Positions 50,356-59,479 of a stretch of DNA of 64,000 bases are shown here, piece after piece (the first letter of the stretch is position 1; the number at the start of each line of letters is the position of its first letter). A model generated the notes under the pieces. That model was not told the origin of the DNA and searched no databases. It saw only the letters and a program-made list of their open reading frames with translations. The DNA comes from a virus, in IMG/VR virus record IMGVR_UViG_3300037319_000172, positions 32,001 through 96,000 of that record. One strand, given 5' to 3'. Made by a program: the position numbers and the translations under genes.

Positions 50356-51717
50356 TTAGAATTGGTAAACGAATACTACTGTATCCTCTGAATCGATTGT
50401 GTACCCTGGAGTAGACAATGTAACTGCTGCTCCTGCGATAGATTCTGCAAATACTCTTGATCCGTTAACGAATACATCTACTAGAGATAATTGAGCCTCT
50501 TGGACTGTATTTGCTAATGTATATACTAAACCATTTCCTGCGAAAGATTCAGTTGCCATTTGATCATCTTCGATTATAGCTGCTTCTACAGTATCTAATC
50601 TTCCAGCTAAAGCTGCATCAGCGTTAGCTAAATTGATTACATCCTCGTTAGTTGCAGAAATCTCAGAAGATAGTTCTGTTTGTAAATCAAGTACATCTGC
50701 ATTTGTTGCAGAAATCTCAGAAGATATTTCTCCATCAATTCTTGTAACATCAGAGTTAGTATCTGCAATCTCATTGTTTAAATTCAAGATTACTGCTGCT
50801 AAAGCGTCGTCATTTACAGTATCAACCGCGTTGATGATAGAAACTACATCTGCGAAAGAGTCTGGATCTGCGTCTACTGCGTTTAATATAGATGCGAACT
50901 TGTTTGAAGTTGCAAGTACCTCAGTAGATAAAGCTCCATCAATTCTTGTAACATCTGCATTAGTATCAGCAATTTCACTTGCTAATTCTCCATTAAGTCT
51001 TGTAACCTCAGAGTTAGTTGCAGCTATTTCACCTGCTACTTCCCCATCAATTCTTATAACTTCAGAGTTAGTTGCAGAAATCTCTGCAGATAAAGCTACT
51101 TCTAAAGCGTCAACTGAATCAACTAAATCTCCAGAAACTTCTCCTAATCTAGCATCGATAGAAGTTACATCTCCATTAGTCGCATTGATTTCAGTAGCTA
51201 ATTCTCCGTTAAGTCTTGTAACTTCTGAATTAGTTGCTGTGATTTCAGCAGCTATTGCAGCGTCGATTCTTGTAACATCTGAATTAGTTGCAGCTATCTC
51301 GTTGTTTAAATTCGAGATTACTACTGCTAAAGCGTCGTCATTTACAGTATCAACCGCGTTGATGATAGAAACTACATCTGCGAAAGAGTCTGGATCTGCA
51401 CCAACTGCATCTAAAATAGCAGAAAACTGAGTTGAAGTAGAAAGTATCTCTGTAGATAATGCTTCATCAATTCTTGTAACGTCTGCGTTAGTATCAGCAA
51501 TTTCACTTGCTAATTCTCCTTCAACTCTTACAAAATCAGAACTAGTTGCAGAAATCTCTGCTTCTAAATCGTTATTAACTCTTATAGCTTCAGTAGATAT
51601 TTCATCTTTAACGTACCTTGCGATGTCTGCCGTATTGGCAATCTCAAAGTTAGAAGTTGCCCCCCAGTTTACTGTGCTTAAAAAATCCTTAATTTGTTTT
51701 GAACGAATTTGTGCCAT
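50356..51717 (-). CDS. Acidic coiled-coil fibre protein with EI(S/A)ATN(S/A)(D/E)VTRID repeats
   Basis: About 18-aa repeats; DPDSFADV segments; C-terminal VFVNG domain. Confidence 0.75.
   Translation of the reverse strand: MAQIRSKQIKDFLSTVNWGATSNFEIANTADIARYVKDEISTEAIRVNNDLEAEISATSSDFVRVEGELASEIADTNADVTRIDEALSTEILSTSTQFSAILDAVGADPDSFADVVSIINAVDTVNDDALAVVISNLNNEIAATNSDVTRIDAAIAAEITATNSEVTRLNGELATEINATNGDVTSIDARLGEVSGDLVDSVDALEVALSAEISATNSEVIRIDGEVAGEIAATNSEVTRLNGELASEIADTNADVTRIDGALSTEVLATSNKFASILNAVDADPDSFADVVSIINAVDTVNDDALAAVILNLNNEIADTNSDVTRIDGEISSEISATNADVLDLQTELSSEISATNEDVINLANADAALAGRLDTVEAAIIEDDQMATESFAGNGLVYTLANTVQEAQLSLVDVFVNGSRVFAESIAGAAVTLSTPGYTIDSEDTVVFVYQF
50796..51399. repeat. 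76-bp exact direct repeat inside the coiled-coil gene (50796-50871 and 51324-51399)
   Basis: CTGCTAAAGCGTCGTC...TCTGGATCTGC occurs twice, 528 nt apart. Confidence 0.9.
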
Positions 51718-51880
51718 ATTGTTTATTGTGTTATATTTTGGCCTAACAACCTTATTGTCGTTAGTGATTTATATATCTCACATAAGCGGGTGGACGTGTA
51801 TATAATACACGTAATATGTTAATAGAATTCAAAAAAATGAAAAAATGAGAAAACCCAATTAATATAGACCGATTAAGCTC

Positions 51881-53080
51881 CTATAATAGATCTGCTCGTG
51901 CAGTCTCGTATGTCAAGTTGACTTCGTCACCTGCCTCTAAATCATACCCTGCTATGTTTCCGTTCCAGTATAATATGTGGCCTGCTCTGATTTCAGATAT
52001 ATCAACAGGAGTTAACCCTCCATCATTTGAGAAGTAAGAGTCTTTGTCTTTATTACCATTTCCTACTTCTACCGTTATTCCGTTTACTTCAACATGCACA
52101 TAAGATTCTGCATACGGATTATATGTTAATTGTACTGTTGTATTTGCTGAGTTACCTATTGTTGCAGCTGGGTTTATATTCTTATCAACAAATGCTAATA
52201 TTCCTTCAATATTGTTATTTACATCTAATTGAAAAGTAATATCCTGTCCAATTTCCCATATTGTTTTAGTAACACCAGGGCCTGTTGACTGCGTCTCGAA
52301 TGTAATATCTAATTTTATACCATCGGCATCTTCACTATCTCCTCCTCCTGTTATAAGATCAAGTCTTTCCCATGCTGTTATTTTATAAATAGCATATAGA
52401 TTTGTTGGTTCCATATCAAATATTGTTAATATTCCTGTAGCTCCATAAGATACTCTATTTATTAAAAAGTTTTCTAATGATGATAATCTAATACCATTTG
52501 AATCTAAATTTTTAAATATAATTGAAGTTACTTCGCTTGGGGTTTTTGAATCAACTGAAACACTTCCTTGGAAATTAGGATCTGAACCATCTATATTTTC
52601 TATCTGAAATACTCCTTCAACTGAAGACTTTTGTATAATTGTTGTCGTGTTATTATTATTTTCAGGATTATTAGGGTTTGCGTTTGAAACAAGAGATCCT
52701 AATTTTAAATTAGGAAATACATAACTTTTAGATTGAGGATAGTAGTTTTCGTAGAATATACTAACCTGTACTGTTATCAGTCCTACTCCTAAGTTTAAAG
52801 ATTGACTTTCATCTATTAAAAAACTTATTTTTCCGGAATTCCCTGCTCTATCTACTGTAAGTTGAGAAGAAACTCCTGGAATTGGAGGTTCCGCGTATTG
52901 TAATACTTTTCTATCTTCTATAAAAACAGCTACTCCAAATGAAGTTGGTTGGTTTAAATTTAATATAGTTCCTATATAGTCTTTATATAGTATAATGTCA
53001 TATGTTTGTGAATTACCAGAAATAACGTTGATTTCTTCTTCAATAAATGCTATTATATCGTCGTTTGCTACGTAAGCCAT
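51881..53080 (-). CDS. Virion structural protein
   Basis: C-terminal VEVNGI...YFSNDGG...LYWNG..AGYDL domain shared with the 46810 gene. Confidence 0.6.
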   Translation of the reverse strand: MAYVANDDIIAFIEEEINVISGNSQTYDIILYKDYIGTILNLNQPTSFGVAVFIEDRKVLQYAEPPIPGVSSQLTVDRAGNSGKISFLIDESQSLNLGVGLITVQVSIFYENYYPQSKSYVFPNLKLGSLVSNANPNNPENNNNTTTIIQKSSVEGVFQIENIDGSDPNFQGSVSVDSKTPSEVTSIIFKNLDSNGIRLSSLENFLINRVSYGATGILTIFDMEPTNLYAIYKITAWERLDLITGGGDSEDADGIKLDITFETQSTGPGVTKTIWEIGQDITFQLDVNNNIEGILAFVDKNINPAATIGNSANTTVQLTYNPYAESYVHVEVNGITVEVGNGNKDKDSYFSNDGGLTPVDISEIRAGHILYWNGNIAGYDLEAGDEVNLTYETARADLL

Positions 53081-53122
53081 TATTTATTAAGTATTTTTTA
53101 TATATATTCTAATAAATTAACT

Positions 53123-53806
53123 CTATTTTGTTAATTTATGATATAAAGAGTATCTTGATATTGGGAGTATACATTCTTCGTGATCTTCGTTTAATTTGTG
53201 ATCTATTCTCCAGAATCTTTTATCGTCTATTTCTTTTTTTGAATTTACTATGTATTCTATTATATCTGGAACCCCTTTCAAATCGATATCTACCTTCTTA
53301 AGTATTAAATCATCCCATTCTCCTACTAATTTATAAGGGTTATTATATGAATAAGTTAATATGTTAGTATTTTTATCTATTATAAAAACAATGCCTTTTA
53401 TTTTTGTTGGCATAGTTCTAGGAATTTCTGTTACTGTCAGTTTTGAAGCGATAGATCTCCACTTTACCCTAATCATTCTAAATAAAGATTCGAATTCTTC
53501 AATTGCAATTTCTACTAATTGGTATATGTGAAATATGTCATCTTCGGTTTCAGGATATTCGTAGTCGAGAGACATCGTGTCTAGATTTATCCCAGTAAGT
53601 ACTCTGAGCCTGTCATCTATCTCGTTCTTTTTATTTTTAAGTTTATATAAGTCTTCTAATTGGTATTCTACTTCAGTTAATGCCTCATGTAAAAATCCGG
53701 CTTTAATCATAGACATTAACTTTTGAGTTGCCCCTAATAGTTTATATCTTTTTAATTCAAAGTCGAAAGGTAAATCGGTTAGCCAGTTTTTATGTAATAT
53801 CTTCAT
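53123..53806 (-). CDS. Conserved hypothetical protein
   Basis: WLT..PFDFELKRYKLL N-terminal motif recalled from Bacteroidota hypotheticals. Confidence 0.6.
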   Translation of the reverse strand: MKILHKNWLTDLPFDFELKRYKLLGATQKLMSMIKAGFLHEALTEVEYQLEDLYKLKNKKNEIDDRLRVLTGINLDTMSLDYEYPETEDDIFHIYQLVEIAIEEFESLFRMIRVKWRSIASKLTVTEIPRTMPTKIKGIVFIIDKNTNILTYSYNNPYKLVGEWDDLILKKVDIDLKGVPDIIEYIVNSKKEIDDKRFWRIDHKLNEDHEECILPISRYSLYHKLTK

Positions 53807-53864
53807 CAGATATATTTATCCGAATATCGTAGGCGTATAGTGTGATTATGAAGGTAATATTGTA

Positions 53865-54179
53865 TTATAAATGTTCTTTGTCTTTTTCTTCTTTTATTAC
53901 TTTAAAGGTATCTGCCGCTTCAGTACCTTCTAGAGCAAGACCCCATTGTAATATAAACCAATGTGCTTCTTTTAAAGCCATTTCTTTGTTTAACTTTAAA
54001 ACTTCTCGAATTCTGCTAACACTATGGTTTATGAAAGCTTCTTCTCTTTCTTTAGTAGTTCGGTATTCCATATACCATTGTGGATTTCCTTTAACATCTT
54101 CGTAAGTTACACCATGATGTTTAAGTTGTTCATTTATTAATTCAATAAACAGTTCTCTTGTTTTCTCTCGCTTTGTCAT
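53865..54179 (-). CDS. Hypothetical protein
   Basis: 104 aa; WF.LQWGL motif. Confidence 0.65.
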   Translation of the reverse strand: MTKREKTRELFIELINEQLKHHGVTYEDVKGNPQWYMEYRTTKEREEAFINHSVSRIREVLKLNKEMALKEAHWFILQWGLALEGTEAADTFKVIKEEKDKEHL

Positions 54180-54204
54180 ATTACTTTATTATTAGATTAT
54201 TATA

Positions 54205-54399
54205 TTATAATGATATAAGACTGGCGAAAGTGTCCATGTCGCTCAAACGAATAAAATCGTCTGAAGTTAAGGAAACCATCACCATGTCAGTCATAGGATT
54301 AAAAGAAATCTCAATCATATCTTCTAGATTATTATAATCTTTTAATATGTTAGTTAGATACTCTATTTTATTCTGTCTTATGTAAAAATATACTTTCAT
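54205..54399 (-). CDS. Hypothetical protein
   Basis: 64 aa downstream of clpP. Confidence 0.55.
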   Translation of the reverse strand: MKVYFYIRQNKIEYLTNILKDYNNLEDMIEISFNPMTDMVMVSLTSDDFIRLSDMDTFASLISL

Positions 54400-54416
54400 A
54401 ATCCTATATTATTATA

Positions 54417-55088
54417 TTATCTTTTTTTAATTATCTCATCAATAATTCCATACTTCTTAGCTTCTTCTGCATTTAACCAAAAATCTCTGGTTGCATCTTT
54501 CATAACTACTTCCGCTTTTTTACCGCAATATTCTCCTAACAATACAAATAATTCCTTATTTACATCTTGCCAGTTTTTCCAATCTATTTCAGCATCTTGT
54601 ATATTACCACTAAATCCTCCAGAAGACTGGTGTAACATAGTAGTAGAGTGACGTAGAGACATTCTCTTACCCTTGGTTCCTGCTCCTAATAATACTGAAC
54701 CCATTGACGCGGCCATACCAGTGTTGATCGTACGTATATCACATTTAATGTAATCCATAACATCTACCATAGAAAGACCAGATTTAACTGAACCTCCTGG
54801 TGAATCAACATGCATTGTAATATCCTCTGCTGATGTAGTATCTAGAAACATTAATTGTGCCTGAACTATTGTAGACATATTGTCGTTAACTGGACCTGCT
54901 ACCCAAAGTAATCTATCCATCATCAATCTTGAAAATATATCCATTTGAGTTGCTCTAAGTTCTCTCTCTTCTAAAATGTAAGGAGTCATTGAGTTCTCTA
55001 CTTGTTTCTCGTAATAATTCATGTTAGAAGAACTAACATTATGATCGCTCATTGCGAACTTCCTAAAATCTTTACTATTGTAATCCAT
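54417..55088 (-). CDS. clpP: ATP-dependent Clp protease proteolytic subunit
   Basis: DIFSRLMMDR, SPGG, AASMG (Ser), MLHQ (His), RDFW (Asp); Bacteroidota-like N-terminus. Confidence 0.97.
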   Translation of the reverse strand: MDYNSKDFRKFAMSDHNVSSSNMNYYEKQVENSMTPYILEERELRATQMDIFSRLMMDRLLWVAGPVNDNMSTIVQAQLMFLDTTSAEDITMHVDSPGGSVKSGLSMVDVMDYIKCDIRTINTGMAASMGSVLLGAGTKGKRMSLRHSTTMLHQSSGGFSGNIQDAEIDWKNWQDVNKELFVLLGEYCGKKAEVVMKDATRDFWLNAEEAKKYGIIDEIIKKR

Positions 55089-55386
55089 GTTCTATTATTA
55101 GTTTTGATATTTTTTCACAAGTCTCGTATTCCTCGTTTTCTTTATAATACTCTAGAGCTTTCGTTAACGACTTAACATAACCTTCTCCTTCTAATTTTGC
55201 TTCCATAACATCTCCTCCAGGATCTACTAAGTAGCATAATACATCTAAGCTAAAATTGCTAGTTAAATTAAATTCTATAAATTCCAATACTCTCTTATAA
55301 AATCCTTCTTTATCTTTTATTGGTCCTTCTAGAGATGTTTCTATTCCATCGGCATTAATATCAAAATACGGCGTATCTCCTATCAT
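55075..55386 (-). CDS. Small protein with C-terminal UVR-like motif, overlapping the clpP start
   Basis: YYKENEEYETCEKI. Confidence 0.7.
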   Translation of the reverse strand: MIGDTPYFDINADGIETSLEGPIKDKEGFYKRVLEFIEFNLTSNFSLDVLCYLVDPGGDVMEAKLEGEGYVKSLTKALEYYKENEEYETCEKISKLIIEHGLQ

Positions 55387-55390
55387 TGTA

Positions 55391-56245
55391 TTATGTTAAT
55401 CTAATATTAAGATAGTCTCTTAATATATTATTATAAGTTATTTGTTTGCTTCCAGTAGAAACTGCTTCATTAATCTCTTTCATGAAGTTAATACCATGAT
55501 CAGTTATTAACATATTATCTTTTGTTAATGTACATAAAGGATTTTCTATATTCATTGTGTAGTTCTTACCTTGATCTTCGCTTTCTGCGACTATCTTAGT
55601 AGCCATATCGAAGTGTCTTTCGTAAAAGTGTATATTATCAGCACAATGGTAGTAAGTTCCTAATTCTAACTCAGGATATGTTTCTAACAACCATAATCTC
55701 ATGTGTTGGTGTATAAAACTAAAATAAGGTGCATCGAATGTAAGACCATAGAATATATCATTAGATCTCATTTGAACTTTCATGTTTAGTTTATTGTCTC
55801 TTATAAAAAAGTTGAGGTACATTGTACATACGAAATCTTTATTACCTTCAAACTGAAACTTAGGTTGATTTAAAAAAGATACAGCTTGTCTAGTATTCTT
55901 GTCTTTCTTTAAAGATTCTAACGCAAATTGTAATTGACCACCAAAAAGAAGGTAACCGTAATTTGAATTTATATTATTAGTTCCGGTATTCGTTAAAGTA
56001 GACCACATCTTTGAAAATTGACCGATATAATCAACATCACGATCTCTATTAAGATACCAACATAGTTCTCCACCGAAATACTTCCAGTTAAAAGCTCTAC
56101 TATCAAAATGTGCTATTGTTTTAGTTGGATCAAATTCTATAGTTTGAATAGTGTGTTCCTTAACCTTCATATCTCGAGGTTGAGAAACATCACCATCATT
56201 TTCTATATTTAAAATTAAATCTTTGAATTTATTATTAAATGTCAT
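55391..56245 (-). CDS. Thymidylate synthase-superfamily enzyme, dCMP hydroxymethylase (T4 gp42)-like
   Basis: INSNYG, DFVCT, MRSNDIFYGLTFD (Asp at the base-specificity site), HFYERHF. Confidence 0.75.
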   Translation of the reverse strand: MTFNNKFKDLILNIENDGDVSQPRDMKVKEHTIQTIEFDPTKTIAHFDSRAFNWKYFGGELCWYLNRDRDVDYIGQFSKMWSTLTNTGTNNINSNYGYLLFGGQLQFALESLKKDKNTRQAVSFLNQPKFQFEGNKDFVCTMYLNFFIRDNKLNMKVQMRSNDIFYGLTFDAPYFSFIHQHMRLWLLETYPELELGTYYHCADNIHFYERHFDMATKIVAESEDQGKNYTMNIENPLCTLTKDNMLITDHGINFMKEINEAVSTGSKQITYNNILRDYLNIRLT

Positions 56246-56274
56246 ATATTATATTATTAAAGTAACTTACTAAT

Positions 56275-56301
56275 ATTATACTACTATTTTAAAGAAAGTT
56301 T
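56275..56301 (-). promoter_or_regulatory. Class II promoter for the TS-like/UVR/clpP operon
   Basis: rc AAAC TTTCTTTAAAATAGTAG TATAAT, overlapping the clpC stop. Confidence 0.7.
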
Positions 56302-58260
56302 ATCTTCTCCTTTTTTATGTGAGATTGAATATGCTTTAGTTCCAATAATCATTGATTTATCAATTATAGCATCCGCTAAAATATCTTCAACATAATTTTG
56401 GACTGCTCTCTTAAGAGGACGTGCACCATATAAAGGATCGTATCCTTGTTCTGCTAAAAATCCTTTTGCTGCTTTATTTATTTTAATAGTATATCCTTGC
56501 TTGTCTAGTCTTTTTATTACTTTATTCAATTCAATATCTACAATTTTAATCATATCATCTCTTGTTAAAGAATCAAATAAAATCATATCATCTAATCTAT
56601 TTAAGAATTCAGGTGCAAACTTGTTTTTAAGTTCTTTTCTGATAATAGTTTCAACATGTGATTTATTAGAAGCGATAGATGTTTTACTTTCAAATCCAAT
56701 TCCTGCTCCAAAATCTGATACTTTCTTAGCACCAACATTTGATGTCATTATAATAATTGTATTTGTAAAATCTACAGTTCTTCCTAGAGAATCAGTTAAT
56801 CTACCTTCGTCTAAAACTTGTAATAAAGTATTGAATGTATCAGGGTGAGCTTTTTCAACCTCATCAAATAATACAACAGAATAAGGCTTACGTCTTACTG
56901 CTTCTGTTAATTGACCACCAGATTCATGTCCAACATAACCAGGAGGAGATCCAATTAATTTACTTACATTAAACTTTTCTTGATATTCTGACATATCAAT
57001 TCTAATAATAGAATCTTCGTCTCCGAAATAATAATTAGCTAACGCTTTTACTGTTTCAGTTTTACCTACACCAGTTGGTCCGATAAACATAAAGGATCCT
57101 ATTGGTTTTTTAGATGAACTAACTCCAGTTCTAGATCTTTTAATTACTTTACATAAACCAGTAACTGCAGAATCTTGACCTATTATCATTTCTTTTAAAT
57201 TAGCTTCCATATCCATAATGATTTGACTTTCGTCATCTGTCATTCTTGAAATTGGAATTCCAGTAGCATCAGATATTGTTTCTGCAATATCATCATAGGT
57301 TACCGGTCTTCTATTGATTCGTAAATCATGTTGCCATTTTGTTACAGTCGCATCAATAGCATCTCTTTGCTTAATTTCAGCATCTCTGAATTTAGCAGCC
57401 TTTTCGTAGTCTTGTTCCTCAACAGCGTCTACTTTTTGTTGTTTAATTTCTTCAACTCTTTTTTCAGACTCTTTAATATGTTCTGGCATTTTAACCTGAG
57501 CTAAATGTACTTTAGCGCCAGCTTCATCCATTAAATCAATTGCTTTATCTGGTAATTCTCTAGAAGTAACATATCTATCTGATAATTCAACACAAGCTTT
57601 AAGAGCTTCTTCAGTATATTCAACAGCATGATATTCTTCGTAGTTTCCTTTAATTCTATTTAATATCTCAATAGAATCCTCAATTGAAGGTGGATCAATA
57701 AAAACTTCTTGGAATCTTCTAGTAAGAGCTCCGTCAGTTTCTATGTTTTCTCTATATTCATCTAATGTAGTTGCACCAATACATTGTACCTGTCCTCTCG
57801 CAAGGGCTGGTTTTAAAATGTTACTAGCATCTAATGAACCACTAACCCCTCCAGCTCCGACTAAAGTATGTATCTCATCAATAAATACTATAATGTCTGG
57901 ATTTGATTTTAATTCATCAACTATCTTTTTCATTCTTTCTTCAAACTCTCCACGATATTTCGTACCTGCAACAATTGTCGCCATGTTTAAAGATATTATC
58001 TTTTTATTAGTAAGAGTCATCGCAACTTTCTTATCTACGATTCTTTGAGCGATTGCTTCTACTAGTGCAGTTTTACCTACACCAGGATCTCCTAATATAA
58101 TAGGGTTGTTTTTCTTTCTTCGAGAAAGTATTTGACAAATCCTATAAACTTCTTTGTCTCTTCCAATAATTGGATCTAATTTACCTGCCGCAGCAGCTGC
58201 AGTTAAGTCTTCTCCGAACTGGTCAATTAATGGGGTCTTAACTTGTTTCTTATTTGCCAT
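56284..58260 (-). CDS. clpC: ClpC-type AAA+ unfoldase lacking the N-terminal domain
   Basis: Two AAA+ modules (GDPGVGKT/IDE and GPTGVGKT/FDE), UVR middle domain QDYEKAAKFRD, IGF loop GIGF; protein begins at TPLIDQFGEDLT. Confidence 0.93.
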   Translation of the reverse strand: MANKKQVKTPLIDQFGEDLTAAAAAGKLDPIIGRDKEVYRICQILSRRKKNNPIILGDPGVGKTALVEAIAQRIVDKKVAMTLTNKKIISLNMATIVAGTKYRGEFEERMKKIVDELKSNPDIIVFIDEIHTLVGAGGVSGSLDASNILKPALARGQVQCIGATTLDEYRENIETDGALTRRFQEVFIDPPSIEDSIEILNRIKGNYEEYHAVEYTEEALKACVELSDRYVTSRELPDKAIDLMDEAGAKVHLAQVKMPEHIKESEKRVEEIKQQKVDAVEEQDYEKAAKFRDAEIKQRDAIDATVTKWQHDLRINRRPVTYDDIAETISDATGIPISRMTDDESQIIMDMEANLKEMIIGQDSAVTGLCKVIKRSRTGVSSSKKPIGSFMFIGPTGVGKTETVKALANYYFGDEDSIIRIDMSEYQEKFNVSKLIGSPPGYVGHESGGQLTEAVRRKPYSVVLFDEVEKAHPDTFNTLLQVLDEGRLTDSLGRTVDFTNTIIIMTSNVGAKKVSDFGAGIGFESKTSIASNKSHVETIIRKELKNKFAPEFLNRLDDMILFDSLTRDDMIKIVDIELNKVIKRLDKQGYTIKINKAAKGFLAEQGYDPLYGARPLKRAVQNYVEDILADAIIDKSMIIGTKAYSISHKKGEDKLSLK

Positions 58261-58283
58261 ATTTCTAATTAATATTTATAAGT

Positions 58284-58310
58284 ATTATAATGGTTTAAAT
58301 GGTTTTGTTT
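58284..58310 (-). promoter_or_regulatory. Class II promoter (clpC)
   Basis: rc AAAC AAAACCATTTAAACCAT TATAAT. Confidence 0.75.
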
Positions 58311-58321
58311 CGGCATTTTAT

Positions 58322-58351
58322 AAAAAAAAAGAGCTAGTTTTAAGCTAGCTC
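58322..58351 (-). terminator. Intrinsic terminator
   Basis: rc GAGCTAGCTTAAAACTAGCTCTTTTTTTTT. Confidence 0.85.
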
Positions 58352-58427
58352 CAGTTTTATAAAATATATGTTGATATTGTATGCACGCAATTAAAGTGAA
58401 TTGCTTTCGTTCTAATTATATATCCTT

Positions 58428-58649
58428 TTAAAAATTGACAGATCGCATAGTACAACTTGGGCATAATACTGCATTTGTCTGTTCAGTAACTTCAGTCCAC
58501 TCTTTACAATCACTGTTTCCGTCTTCAGGTGCAAAATCAGAATATTTACTAAGTGATCTTTTAGAGTTTTGACAAATCATAGAGATAGAAGCACTTCCAT
58601 TTTCTCTAGTTGTCTTTTTAGTTTTCCAGTTATTATTAGTTTTAGCCAT
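58428..58649 (-). CDS. Small Cys-rich putative zinc-binding protein
   Basis: ICQ...DCKEW...LCPSC. Confidence 0.6.
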   Translation of the reverse strand: MAKTNNNWKTKKTTRENGSASISMICQNSKRSLSKYSDFAPEDGNSDCKEWTEVTEQTNAVLCPSCTMRSVNF

Positions 58650-58660
58650 ATTTATTTTAT

Positions 58661-59212
58661 TTAATTATTAATTATATTATTGTAACACTCTTTTATAATT
58701 ATAGCATCCCATAGTGCATTATGTTTTTGTAATTCTTCTTTGGTTCCAGCACGTGCTAGTTTCTCTCTAGATATATCAGGATCGATCCCTTTAATTTTAA
58801 GTAAGGTACATAAGTCGAAAGGTATATAATATACATTTTTAGGAATATTAAAAGCATGACCGAACATCTCATTAAAAAGAACCCAATCATATGCTAAACA
58901 ATCGCTCCACATTTCAACTTCATTAAATTGCTTAAGCCATTTTTCTAGAGTATATTTTATTAACTCAGTGCTTCCATACATTTCAGTATAATCACCATTA
59001 TTCCAAAAGAGATCAGTTCCTGTTTTATTGTGAAATTTTAGATTTTTAATAACATTTGTTTGTAACCAATCATCGATCTGTGTTACATCATAATCAGTAA
59101 ATTCAGCGTAAAATGTTTTTCCGCATTCTGAAATAATTCCAATACTTATTAAAGTTGTTTTTTGATGGAGTCCTGTAAACTCAGTATCAAAAAATAATTT
59201 TGTTTTCGGCAT
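58661..59212 (-). CDS. DEDDh 3'-5' exoribonuclease (Rv2179c-like)
   Basis: FFDTEFTGL, ISIGII, YDWV, HNALWDA. Confidence 0.85.
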   Translation of the reverse strand: MPKTKLFFDTEFTGLHQKTTLISIGIISECGKTFYAEFTDYDVTQIDDWLQTNVIKNLKFHNKTGTDLFWNNGDYTEMYGSTELIKYTLEKWLKQFNEVEMWSDCLAYDWVLFNEMFGHAFNIPKNVYYIPFDLCTLLKIKGIDPDISREKLARAGTKEELQKHNALWDAIIIKECYNNIINN

Positions 59213-59223
59213 ATTTATTTTAT

Positions 59224-59430
59224 TTAATTGCTATAATGATCCCATTTATGTTTTCCACACTTACAAGTAGCATGTGATCCTTCTAATGAAACAAAACCAG
59301 TACATATCTTCGGTGTTATTCTGTCTATATTTTCGTTTGCAGAAATAAGCATCTCTATTAGTTGATACTTTTCCATAGTATCATACATTTTTACTTTTTC
59401 CTCATAAGTCATATTTACAGTATGGTACAT
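59224..59430 (-). CDS. Hypothetical protein with C-terminal Cys/His cluster
   Basis: CTGF...CKCGKHKWDH; class II promoter at 59445-59471. Confidence 0.6.
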   Translation of the reverse strand: MYHTVNMTYEEKVKMYDTMEKYQLIEMLISANENIDRITPKICTGFVSLEGSHATCKCGKHKWDHYSN

Positions 59431-59479
59431 TGTATTATTTTATTATTATACTCCTTTATTACTGATTGTTTCAATAAAA

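Noticed and set aside
50633-51430. 265-aa plus-strand ORF
   Set aside because: Antisense shadow of the repetitive coiled-coil gene 50356..51717.
55391-56245. Plain thyA annotation
   Set aside because: Asp at the Asn specificity position and gp42-like motifs; gene symbol withheld.
58261-58427. Missing ClpC N-domain as a frameshifted pseudogene remnant
   Set aside because: The upstream DNA holds a promoter and a terminator, not Clp-repeat coding sequence, so the truncation looks genuine.
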